This document shows positions 37,299-45,560 of a DNA stretch of 64,000 bases, piece by piece. Origin of the DNA: Bifidobacteriaceae bacterium (GTDB taxonomy: Bacteria; Actinomycetota; Actinomycetes; Actinomycetales; WQXJ01). Within the stretch, counting starts at the first letter, position 1. Every line of letters starts with the position of its first letter. The notes under the pieces were generated by a model, which searched no databases, was not told the origin of the DNA, and saw nothing but the letters and a program-made list of their open reading frames with translations. The position numbers were made by a program, and so were the translations under genes. The stretch covers positions 4,514-68,513 of the forward strand of contig JAISXH010000041.1 in NCBI GenBank assembly GCA_031270825.1. Reading direction: 5' to 3'.

Positions 37299-38156
37299 TC
37301 AGCCCGCGTGGAAGCGGGCCAAGAATTCTTTGGTCCTAGCCTGCTCGGGGGCGGAGAAGACCGCTTGGGCCGGGCCCTCCTCGGCGATCACGCCGCCATC
37401 CATGAAGGCCACGCGATCCGAGACGTCACGGGCGAAGGCCATCTCATGGGTGACGATCACCATGGTCAGGCCGGATTCGGCCAGTTCGCCCATGACCGCC
37501 AGCACCTCGCCAACCATCTCCGGATCCAAAGCGGAGGTGGGCTCGTCGAAGAGCAGAGCCTCTGGCTCCATCGACAGCGCCCGCGCGATCGCCACCCGCT
37601 GTTTCTGGCCGCCCGAAAGCTGCCTTGGCTTGGCCCGCACATAACGCTCCATGCCCACCTTGGCCAGGTAGCCGAGCGCTCGCTCGCGCGCCTCGGAGGT
37701 GGGCCGGCCAGCCGCCCGGACTTGGCCGATCACGCAGTTGTCCAGCACGTTCAGGTTGTTGAAGAGGTTGAATTGCTGAAAGACCATCCCCAAGCGGGCG
37801 CGGAAACGGCTGACGTCATAGCCGCGGGCGAGGACATCTTGACCGTGGTACAGCACCTGGCCGGCGCTCGGCCATTCGAGCAGGTTGACACAGCGCAGAA
37901 AAGTCGACTTGCCAGAGCCGGACGCGCCGATCACCGACACCACCTCGCCCGGATGGACGGCGAAGTCGATCCCGGCAAGGATCTCGTTCTCCCCGAACGA
38001 CTTGCGCAGACCGCGGGTCTCAACGATCGGCTGGCCGGGCGGCTCGGCTGGCGACGGGTCCACGCCGGCGACGCTGGCCGCCCCCTCGGCCGACCGGTCG
38101 GCATCGTCCCTAGAGGTCTGATCACCGGGTGCGGGCGCGGCTGCCAAAGTTCTCAC
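37299..38156 (-). CDS. polar amino-acid ABC transporter ATP-binding protein
   Basis: [24 protein letters not shown] and [11 protein letters not shown]. The length of the N-terminal extension is uncertain. Confidence 0.9.
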   Translation of the reverse strand: MRTLAAAPAPGDQTSRDDADRSAEGAASVAGVDPSPAEPPGQPIVETRGLRKSFGENEILAGIDFAVHPGEVVSVIGASGSGKSTFLRCVNLLEWPSAGQVLYHGQDVLARGYDVSRFRARLGMVFQQFNLFNNLNVLDNCVIGQVRAAGRPTSEARERALGYLAKVGMERYVRAKPRQLSGGQKQRVAIARALSMEPEALLFDEPTSALDPEMVGEVLAVMGELAESGLTMVIVTHEMAFARDVSDRVAFMDGGVIAEEGPAQAVFSAPEQARTKEFLARFHAG

Positions 38157-38943
38157 CTCCTGGGCGCAGAATCGACTCCGGCACAGTGGACGAAGTCGCC
38201 AAGGTGAAGTTCTCCGGTCCCTCCAGGTGGCGCTCCGCCAAGCGCAGCAGGCGCGTGGTTGAGAAGGTAAGCACCAGGTAGATAGCCGCCACCAGGAGGT
38301 AGACCGGGAAGGTCTGGTACAAGATGCCGTCGATCGATTTCCCTTGGAAGAACAGCTCCGACGTGCCGATCACCATCAGCACCGAGGTGTCCTTGATGTT
38401 GATCACGAACTCGTTGCCGGTCGCGGGCAGGATGTTGCGAATCGCCTGCGGCAGGATCACGCCCCGCATGGTCGCCCAGTGGCCCATTCCGACCGCCTTG
38501 GCCGCCTCGGTCTGGCCCGGATCGATCGACTGGATGCCGCCGCGGACGATCTCCGCCATATAGGCGCCGGTGTTGATCGAGACCACCAGCAGCCCCGCCG
38601 TCACCACATTCAGATTGATCTGGAACGCCATCCCCAAGCCGTAATAGACCACCATCGCCTGGACCATCATGGGCGTGCCCCGGAAAACCTCGACGTAGAC
38701 ACCCAAAAGCACGTTGATGGTCTTGAGCAGCACCCGCTTGGCCGGCCCGGCGCTGTGGCGGTCCGCCGGAATGGTCCGCACCACGCCCACGCCCAGACCC
38801 AGCAGCACGCCGACAACAGTGCCCGTCAGCGCCAAGAACATGGTCACGCCGACGCCTTTGAGGAGCCACGACCAGTAGTCCTCGACTATGTAGGCGATCC
38901 AGTCCCAAAAGTTCCGGTCGCCCGCGGCGGCCAGTTGAGTCAT
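38122..38943 (-). CDS. polar amino-acid ABC transporter permease
   Basis: 5-TM ORF with [30 protein letters not shown] (His/Glu/Gln/Arg/opine-family loop). Confidence 0.85.
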   Translation of the reverse strand: MTQLAAAGDRNFWDWIAYIVEDYWSWLLKGVGVTMFLALTGTVVGVLLGLGVGVVRTIPADRHSAGPAKRVLLKTINVLLGVYVEVFRGTPMMVQAMVVYYGLGMAFQINLNVVTAGLLVVSINTGAYMAEIVRGGIQSIDPGQTEAAKAVGMGHWATMRGVILPQAIRNILPATGNEFVINIKDTSVLMVIGTSELFFQGKSIDGILYQTFPVYLLVAAIYLVLTFSTTRLLRLAERHLEGPENFTLATSSTVPESILRPGGENFGSRARTR

Positions 38944-39791
38944 CCGGCCTCAGGCTGTTCCTCGACCGCCTGCTCCATCAACTCTGCCCGCTTCGCCTCA
39001 GGGATCGCGGCCAGGCCCTCGTTGACCCCTTTCAGCAGGTCGGAGCCCTTCTTCAAGCCGATGGCGATGGATGTGTCGACCTCTTCGACGTCGAAGCCTT
39101 GTCCGTCCGCGAAGGCGACGAAGGTCAGCTCCGGGTTCGACGCCACCGCGCTCAACGCCCCGGGGCGTTCAGAGATATAGCCGTCCGCCTTGCCGGATTT
39201 GACGGCCAGAATCATAGTTGGGAAGTCCTGCAGCGCGGTCTGCTTGTCCACGCCGGGAATCTGGTCCAAGAACTGGTCGTAGTGGATAGTCGAAATCTGG
39301 GCGGTGATCTTGGCGTCTTTGAAATCAGCCAATTCCTTGGCGTCGGCGTAGGCCGAATCCTTCTTGACCACGATCACGATATCCGAGGTGTAGTAGTTGT
39401 CGGAGAAGTCAATCGCTTGCTTGCGCTCCTCGGTGGGCGTCATACCGGCCACGATCATGTCGATCTTGCCCGATTGCAGCGCCGGGATCAGCCCGTCCCA
39501 GCTAGTCTTGACCACCACGATGTCGCGCTTCAGGTGTTCAGCCACCAACTTGGCCATTTGGACGTCGTAACCACCGGCCCAGCCGCCCCCGTCGATCTTG
39601 ACGGCGCCGTTGGAATCGTCCTTTTGGGTCCAGTTGAACGGGGCGTAGGCGGCCTCCATGCCGACCCGCAAAGGCTCCGTCTGGGCCTGGGAATCGCCGC
39701 CGGTTCCGCCCTTGTCGTCGGGCTGGCCGCAGGCCGCCAGAGTGAGGACCGCCAGTAAGGCCGCGGCGGCCAGCGATGTCATTTTCTTCAT
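38940..39791 (-). CDS. polar amino-acid ABC substrate-binding lipoprotein
   Basis: ATG at 39791 (MKKMTSLAAAALLAVLTLAACG, lipobox) with an AAGGAA RBS. Type-3 SBP-like length. Confidence 0.85.
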   Translation of the reverse strand: MKKMTSLAAAALLAVLTLAACGQPDDKGGTGGDSQAQTEPLRVGMEAAYAPFNWTQKDDSNGAVKIDGGGWAGGYDVQMAKLVAEHLKRDIVVVKTSWDGLIPALQSGKIDMIVAGMTPTEERKQAIDFSDNYYTSDIVIVVKKDSAYADAKELADFKDAKITAQISTIHYDQFLDQIPGVDKQTALQDFPTMILAVKSGKADGYISERPGALSAVASNPELTFVAFADGQGFDVEEVDTSIAIGLKKGSDLLKGVNEGLAAIPEAKRAELMEQAVEEQPEAG

Positions 39792-39978
39792 CACGGTTTC
39801 CTTACCTGAGTTGTGACGCCATTGGAACACCCTGACAGTATCAGCCCCTGATTGCATCCAGGTCTCGCGCTGTCTCGGCGCCAAGGGACCGCCGCCCAGA
39901 GCGGAACGGTTGGGCCGACCGCGGCGGGGGCGGCGACCAAGCCCGTGTCCGATGCCGCCCGGTCGCAGGGCGCTCGGG

Positions 39979-40830
39979 TCAGTCCCAGGTACGCACCCAG
40001 ACGGTCACGCGCCGGTCCAACCCCTCGGCGTAGTCCAAGGACCACCGGCTGGCGGCCTGGATGGCTAACAACCGGAACAGATCCATGGTCTCGGTCAGGC
40101 CATGGCGGACGGCCCCGGCCTCCAATGGGCCACAGGTGGCGGCCAGATCGGCAGTGAATCGCGGCCCGGCCCATTCCTCGAGATGGCGCCCGCGCCAAAA
40201 GGTGTCCGCCTCGGCGCCCTTGACCGCGCGGACCACCCAGGCCCGGAGTTCGACCAAGGCGTCCTTCATCGGCCCGTCCACAATCCGGTTAGCCGCCCAC
40301 ACCTCGCCGTCCGCCAGTCGTCTGGCCGCCCGCACCGCGTTGACCCAGAACTGGGCCACCAGCTGGGAGAACTGCTCTTGCGACGGACGGCCTGAGAGGG
40401 CGGCGCCGGCCGCTTCGGCCAGCTCGGCCAGGCCGTCAGGCACCGGCCCGCCCTCCTTCAGCGGCTTGAATCCCCGGCGGGCTGTGTCGGCCAGGATCGC
40501 CCGCGCGTTGGACGGCAGCTCTGTGGCCGCGTCAGGCGCCAGGATGAGCAGATCGACCTGGGCGGCATGGTCCAACAGGAGGCGTTTGACCGGCAGGCCC
40601 GGCAGCGACCGGTCGATGGTGCTGGCCCAGATCCGGCCCAGCCAACTGAGCCAACTGTTGTCCTCTAACAACTGTTCGGGCTGGTCGGTGAAGACCAACA
40701 GGTCTAGGTCGGCGTGGTCCCGGTCCGGTTGCGAGGTGCGCGAGCCGATCACGGCGGCGGCGACCACCGCGTCCGAATCCCGCAGCAGGGGCGTCAAGTG
40801 GTCGAGCAACTGGGTGTAGTCGGTGCGCAC
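39979..40830 (-). CDS. ANT(6)/AadK-like nucleotidyltransferase (putative aminoglycoside adenylyltransferase)
   Basis: 283 aa. The layout IGSRTSQPDRDHADLDLLVF...VDLLILAP...QFWVNAVRAARRLADGEVWAA parallels the AadK-type adenylyltransferase fold. Recognised by eye only. Confidence 0.5.
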   Translation of the reverse strand: MRTDYTQLLDHLTPLLRDSDAVVAAAVIGSRTSQPDRDHADLDLLVFTDQPEQLLEDNSWLSWLGRIWASTIDRSLPGLPVKRLLLDHAAQVDLLILAPDAATELPSNARAILADTARRGFKPLKEGGPVPDGLAELAEAAGAALSGRPSQEQFSQLVAQFWVNAVRAARRLADGEVWAANRIVDGPMKDALVELRAWVVRAVKGAEADTFWRGRHLEEWAGPRFTADLAATCGPLEAGAVRHGLTETMDLFRLLAIQAASRWSLDYAEGLDRRVTVWVRTWD

Positions 40831-40950
40831 GCCATGACCTTACCGGACGCGGGCCTGGCCGAACCCGCGCTCGGGGCCGCCGGTGCCCGGATCTTAAGCG
40901 ACCGGGGCGGCGCGGACCGCCGAACGGCATCGGTCTGCGACAATGAGCCC

Positions 40951-41757
40951 ATGACAAATCCTGGTTCACCTGGCCCGGCCAACACCGCGGTGCCCCTCGA
41001 CAAGCCCTACTACGGCGCCTCGCTGGGTGTCGCCGTCGTCCGCTTCTTCAAGAAATACGCCACCTTCTCCGGCCGCGCCTCACGGTCCGAATACTGGTGG
41101 TGGCAGCTAGTCACCACCATTGTCAGCACGGTGGTCTCCCTGCCCGTGTGGATTTGGCTGATCCGGGCGATAGAGCCGCTGAGCGAGTGGCTCACCGACG
41201 TGGCCGATTCCTCGACCTACAGTTACAGCACTCCCTCTTTGGAGCCGTACTTGCAGGATCTGGAGCCGGGCGGCCTGTTCATGATCTCGGTGATCGGGAG
41301 CGTCGTTTGGTCTCTGGGGACCTTCATTCCGGGCATTGCCGTCAATTGGCGCCGCCTCCACGACGCCGGCTTCTCCGGCGCCTTCTGGCTGCTGAACCTG
41401 GTCAACTTCGGCATTGTGCCATTGATCATGTGCATCTTGCCGTCCAAGCCCCAAGGCGCCCGGTTCGACGCCGATTTCACCGGCTTCGCATCTGGCGCCC
41501 CGGGCGCCTACGGCCAGCCCACCGGCTACGGCCCTCCCGGCGGCTATACGCCTCCTGGCTACGCTCCTCCCGGCTACGGTGCGCCTGGTTACGCTCCGTC
41601 CGGTTATGCCCCGCCTGGTTACGGTGCGCCCGCGGGCCCGCCAACCGGCCAGCCGTATGGCCCGGCCGGCTATGGTCAGCCAGCCGGGCCACCGCTGGGC
41701 GCGCCCGCGCCGGCGCCTGAGATCGGCCCTGACGGACTCCCCCGCTATCCCGGCTGA
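40951..41757 (+). CDS. DUF805-family membrane protein with a Pro-Gly-Tyr repeat tail
   Basis: FSGRASRSEYWWWQLV motif plus 4 TM helices. The C-terminus is GYGPPGGYTPPGYAPPGYGAPGYAPSGYAPPGYGAP. Confidence 0.75.
   Translation: MTNPGSPGPANTAVPLDKPYYGASLGVAVVRFFKKYATFSGRASRSEYWWWQLVTTIVSTVVSLPVWIWLIRAIEPLSEWLTDVADSSTYSYSTPSLEPYLQDLEPGGLFMISVIGSVVWSLGTFIPGIAVNWRRLHDAGFSGAFWLLNLVNFGIVPLIMCILPSKPQGARFDADFTGFASGAPGAYGQPTGYGPPGGYTPPGYAPPGYGAPGYAPSGYAPPGYGAPAGPPTGQPYGPAGYGQPAGPPLGAPAPAPEIGPDGLPRYPG
41515..41690 (+). repeat. degenerate 12-15-bp tandem repeats encoding (P-P-G-Y-x) units
   Basis: Read directly in the DNA and in the translation. Confidence 0.7.
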
Positions 41758-41904
41758 GACCACCAGCGCCGCCGGCCTGGACCAGCCGTCCGATGCGACC
41801 GACGAAGCCGCACTCGACGGCGCGGTCGCCCACCGGCGCTAGGGAGAAGGCCGCCGCGCTCGTTGGTTGGTTCTCCGACGAACACGGAAAGGATATGGAG
41901 CGTC

Positions 41905-42057
41905 GTGACCAAGGGCCGAAGAGTATCCACGGCACTCGCGTCGACGATGGCGCCAGCGGTCCTGTTTGTGAGCGCACTGCCGGCACACGGACCAACCGCG
42001 CCGCCACCAGTCCCCCAGCCCTACGGCGGAGATGAAGCGGGGAGCTACCGCAGATGA
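41905..42057 (+). CDS. candidate small secreted peptide (about 50 aa)
   Basis: GTG at 41905 lies 11 nt after GGAAAGGA. The product is VTKGRRVSTALASTMAPAVLFVSALPAHG followed by a Pro-rich PTAPPPVPQPYGGDEAGSYRR. Its stop overlaps the next ATG (ATGA). There is no homology evidence. Confidence 0.3.
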   Translation: MTKGRRVSTALASTMAPAVLFVSALPAHGPTAPPPVPQPYGGDEAGSYRR

Positions 42058-42281
42058 GTTTCGGGCTGCACCTGGCCGCAGCGGTCTTGTCACTCGGTGG
42101 CATACTCCTGGCGCAGTGGCTCAGAGACCGGGCACGAAAAGCCGTGCTCAGTCTCGCAGTCTTCGCCGGGGTCCTAACGGGAATGGTCGGGCTGGCCCTG
42201 GCGGCCGAGGATCAGGGACGCTCTTGGAGTCCCCTGGGAATGTGGTTCGCAATCGGAGTTCTGATGTCTCTCCTCGCTTGA
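42054..42281 (+). CDS. candidate small membrane protein (75 aa, 3 predicted TM helices)
   Basis: ORF-track entry with hydrophobic segments FGLHLAAAVLSLGGILLAQWL, AVLSLAVFAGVLTGMVGLALAA and LGMWFAIGVLMSLLA. Third-position GC is about 70%, lower than in neighbours. Confidence 0.4.
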   Translation: MSFGLHLAAAVLSLGGILLAQWLRDRARKAVLSLAVFAGVLTGMVGLALAAEDQGRSWSPLGMWFAIGVLMSLLA

Positions 42282-42312
42282 GCCGCTGACCAGCACAAAC
42301 GTAAAATGCCCA

Positions 42313-42363
42313 GATGCGAACCGTCGAACTCGATCCCGTTTGGGATGCTAAACGTCGAACTCG
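42313..42363 (+). repeat. two direct repeats GATGCGAACCGTCGAACTCG / GATGCTAAACGTCGAACTCG with a 31-nt period
   Basis: Read directly; 18 of 20 positions are identical. The core is the same as in the glgA-upstream repeats. Confidence 0.75.
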
Positions 42364-42466
42364 GCCCGCGCCCCCGACTCGGGGTCGGTTGTTGGATGGT
42401 CTTGCTGATGGCCGGGGCGGCCAACACGATGGTCCGGTGGGCTTCGAACAGGGGCGCCCCCGGATT

Positions 42467-42501
42467 CAGGGCGTCCGGTCGGACCTCGACCGGACGCCCT
42501 G
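42467..42501. terminator. perfect 15-bp stem hairpin (CAGGGCGTCCGGTCG, loop GACCT, CGACCGGACGCCCTG)
   Basis: Read directly. Ends 9 nt from the symporter stop codon in a convergent gap. No U-tract. Confidence 0.6.
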
Positions 42502-42509
42502 CCAGGTGG

Positions 42510-43982
42510 CTACCGGTGGGATACGCGCTTCTGAGCCGGGACCCACTTGGTCTGGAATCGGAAGGAGATGGCCTCCAGCGGCGACGGTTTGACGTTGCCC
42601 TTGGATAGATCCGGATCCTGTTCCAGGTAGCGTTTCGTCTCGCGCGAGATCATGCCGCTCAAGAGCAACAAGCCGATCAGGTTCGGCAACGCCATCAACC
42701 CGTTCAGGATGTCGGCGATGTTCCAGATGACCTCCACCGGGAACTGAGACCAGACCACGATCAGCGCTGTGAAAACGACCCGATAGGGCATTTGCGCCTT
42801 GATGCCGAACAGACGCACCGCGCAACGCTCGCCGTAATACGACCATCCGATCACGGTGGACAGGGCGAAGAAGACCACGCAAACGGCGACGATGGCCGGG
42901 CCGAAATTCTCTCCGATCGTGGCCCCGAACGCCTGCCCGGTGAGGGAGTCATCCAACCGCGCGCCATCCTTGTCCAGGTCCGCGTGCTTCCACACGCCGG
43001 TCGACAAGATCACCAGACCGGTGAAGGAGACCACGATGATGGTGTCGATGAATGTCTGCGTCATCGACACCAGGCCCTGGCGGACCGGGTGGGAGGTCTT
43101 GGCGGCGGCGGCGACGATCGCCGCCGAGCCCATGCCGGACTCATTTGAGAAGATGCCCCGGGCCATGCCCTTTTGGATCGCCACACCGATGGCGGCCCCC
43201 AGGAAGTTGCCGGTCTTGTCGGTGCCGGTGAAGGCGTCGGTGAAGACCAGAGCGAACGCCTCCGGGATCGCGGTCACGTTCATGGCCAGGATGACTATGC
43301 CGGCAAGAATGTAGACCACGATCATGAACGGGACGAAGGCCGCCGTGACGCGGCCGATGGCTTTGATCCCGCCGATCAGGACCAGACCGACCAGGATCAT
43401 CACGACCACGCCGGTCACCAGCCAGGGCACGCCGAAAGCGCCCTCCAAATTGGAGGCCATGGCCTTGACCTGGGTGCCGTTGCCGATCCCGAAGGCCGCC
43501 AAAGCCCCGAAAACCGCGAAGGTCAGCGCCAGGACCTTGCCCAGCGGACCCTTGATCGCCTTCTGCAGATAGACCTGCGGACCGCCCACGACCTCGCCGC
43601 GGGCGTCGGTCTCACGGTACTTCGAGCCGAGGAAAGCCTCGGCGTACTTCGACGCCATGCCGACCAGGCCCGTGACCCACATCCAGAACAGCGCCCCCGG
43701 GCCGCCGATCCCGATGGCGGTCGACACCCCGACGATGTTGCCAACACCCACCGTCGCGGCCAAAGCCGTGGTCAGCGCCTGATACTGGGAGATGTCGCCA
43801 CCGGCGCCAGGGTCCCGGCGCTTGATCAGGCCGAGCTTCAACGCCGGCCAGAGTTTGGTGAACTGCATCCCCCGAAGCCTGATGGTCAGCACCAATCCGG
43901 TGACGAACAACAGCGGGATGAGCAGCCACATGCTCCAAACAAAGCCATCGATTGTGTCAATCAAGTTGGAGAAAGCATCCAC
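42510..43982 (-). CDS. alanine/glycine:cation symporter (AGCS family)
   Basis: GTG at 43982 (VDAFSNLIDTIDGFVWSMWLLIPLLF) is preceded by GGAAGG. About 11 TM helices and an AGCS-like N-terminus. The upstream part of the track ORF is Arg/Gly-rich and was rejected. Confidence 0.9.
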   Translation of the reverse strand: MDAFSNLIDTIDGFVWSMWLLIPLLFVTGLVLTIRLRGMQFTKLWPALKLGLIKRRDPGAGGDISQYQALTTALAATVGVGNIVGVSTAIGIGGPGALFWMWVTGLVGMASKYAEAFLGSKYRETDARGEVVGGPQVYLQKAIKGPLGKVLALTFAVFGALAAFGIGNGTQVKAMASNLEGAFGVPWLVTGVVVMILVGLVLIGGIKAIGRVTAAFVPFMIVVYILAGIVILAMNVTAIPEAFALVFTDAFTGTDKTGNFLGAAIGVAIQKGMARGIFSNESGMGSAAIVAAAAKTSHPVRQGLVSMTQTFIDTIIVVSFTGLVILSTGVWKHADLDKDGARLDDSLTGQAFGATIGENFGPAIVAVCVVFFALSTVIGWSYYGERCAVRLFGIKAQMPYRVVFTALIVVWSQFPVEVIWNIADILNGLMALPNLIGLLLLSGMISRETKRYLEQDPDLSKGNVKPSPLEAISFRFQTKWVPAQKRVSHR

Positions 43983-44045
43983 GTTCGGCCTTCCGTTCGG
44001 CCGTTCCGCGGGCGCCGGAACGGGTGCGAGGGCTCGTTCCCGCCC
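43983..44045 (-). promoter_or_regulatory. 5' leader with mutually exclusive hairpin segments next to the RBS
   Basis: The mRNA sense strand reads CGGGAACG..CCGTTCCG..CGGAACGG..CGAACGGAAGG. The middle segment can pair with any of the other three. Confidence 0.35.
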
Positions 44046-44441
44046 GGGCTGGGCTGTCGGAGCAAGCGACTTGTCAGGCCAACAATAAAGGTGTGGAAAG
44101 TGTGAAGACGACCCCCAAGGGGGGTACGAAACATTCCCGTAACAATGATTTGACCTCCCGCTAACCATTCGTCGGCGCACGATGCCGTCCAACGCCCTTT
44201 CCAGCCTCAGTCCGTCCCCGCGACCGCCGTCGGATCCAGCCCGCCGAGCCCGACCCGATCTGGCGAGCAAGCCGTCGAACTCGGCGCCGTCCGGCCGATC
44301 CTTGGCGCCCACGCGGCCAAGCCGGAGCCGAACAGAGCCGAGCCGACGGATCCTCAATGCAGGGCCGTCCGGCTGGCGGTCTGACAGAATTGTTCAAGCG
44401 CATGCTTATTTCGACTCGATCCGACTCCCGGGGGAGGCACC

Positions 44442-45560
44442 GTGGCGCAAGCCTTGGATTACAAATGCCCGCAGTGCGGCGGCAACCTGGTCTACTCCGC
44501 CGAGGTCGGCCTGATGGTCTGCGACAACTGCGGCTCGCGGTTCGACCCGCGCGAATTCCAGGCCCAGCCGCAGCCCCCGGACCCGGCGGCGAGCGCGAGC
44601 GCCGCCGGGGCGCCGCCGCAAGGGGCGCCCGAGCCGGTCCCAGGGGAGACCGCTCAGGCGGCCGCGGCGGCTTGGCCCCCGGCCCAATTCGACCAGTACA
44701 CCTGCCGATCCTGTGGCGCGGTCGTGGTGGCCGCGGCCACCGAGGCCGCCGGCACCTGCCCATATTGCCGCAGCCCCATAGTCATCACCCAGCAATTGGA
44801 GGGAGAACTCGCCCCCGACTTGGTGATCCCCTTCCAGACCACCCGCGACCAGGCCGTGGCCGCGCTGACCAAGCTCTACGGCAAGAAGCGCCTGTTGCCG
44901 AAAGTCTTCTCAGCCCAGAACTTCGTTGACGAGGTCAAAGGCGTCTATGTGCCCTTCTGGCTATTCGACTACGACATCCACCTGATCGAGCATTACACCG
45001 CCACCGACGTGTCCACCGTCCATATGGGCAGCCGTCGCCACATCACCACCCGCAAGTACGCCGCCGACCGGGCCGGCGACGCCCGTTTCTTGGGCATACC
45101 GGTGGACGGCTCGGTCAACATGCCGGATGCCATCATGGAGTCGGTCGAGCCCTTCGACCTGACCCAGGCCGTCCCCTTCGAACCGTCCTATCTGCCCGGT
45201 TTCCTGGCTGAACGCTATGACGTCGATTCCAGCCAGGCCGCCGCCCGGGCCCATGACCGCTTGATCAAGTCCGCCGGGACGATCTTCCAGGACACCGTCA
45301 CCGGGCACGAGCGCGTCGCCTCGGCCGGCGCCGAGGTCTTCATCAAACAAACGCGCCTCCACTACGCGCTGCTGCCGGTCTGGATGCTGACCACCTTCTG
45401 GCGTGGCCAACGCTTCACTTTCGCCATGAACGGCCAGACCGGCCGGATGATCGGCGACTTGCCGCTGGACCGCCAGGCCTATTGGCGTTGGTTCTTCGGC
45501 CTGGCCGGGGCCTCGGCCGTGGTGGCGGGCCTGGTCGCGACCTTGGCGGTGTCGCTGTGA
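44442..45560 (+). CDS. double zinc-ribbon membrane protein (hypothetical)
   Basis: CPQCGG..CDNCG and CRSCG..CPYC ribbons, a central conserved-looking globular region and a C-terminal TM. GTG start after GGGAGG. Confidence 0.7.
   Translation: MAQALDYKCPQCGGNLVYSAEVGLMVCDNCGSRFDPREFQAQPQPPDPAASASAAGAPPQGAPEPVPGETAQAAAAAWPPAQFDQYTCRSCGAVVVAAATEAAGTCPYCRSPIVITQQLEGELAPDLVIPFQTTRDQAVAALTKLYGKKRLLPKVFSAQNFVDEVKGVYVPFWLFDYDIHLIEHYTATDVSTVHMGSRRHITTRKYAADRAGDARFLGIPVDGSVNMPDAIMESVEPFDLTQAVPFEPSYLPGFLAERYDVDSSQAAARAHDRLIKSAGTIFQDTVTGHERVASAGAEVFIKQTRLHYALLPVWMLTTFWRGQRFTFAMNGQTGRMIGDLPLDRQAYWRWFFGLAGASAVVAGLVATLAVSL

Noticed and set aside
36073-37644. 523-aa plus-strand ORF across the ALDH and ABC ATPase genes
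   Set aside because: Shadow ORF crossing an intergenic gap, with no motifs.
43983-44160. Glycine riboswitch upstream of the AGCS symporter
   Set aside because: I looked for the conserved aptamer cores (GGAGAG ... ACCGAAGGGGCAA ... CUCAGGC ... GGAC) on the minus strand and did not find them. Only generic hairpins are present.
43983-44357. N-terminal 125-codon extension of the symporter ORF
   Set aside because: The extension is Arg/Gly-rich, has no TM helices and crosses an AT-rich patch. The AGCS-like N-terminus begins at the GTG at 43982, which has a good SD.
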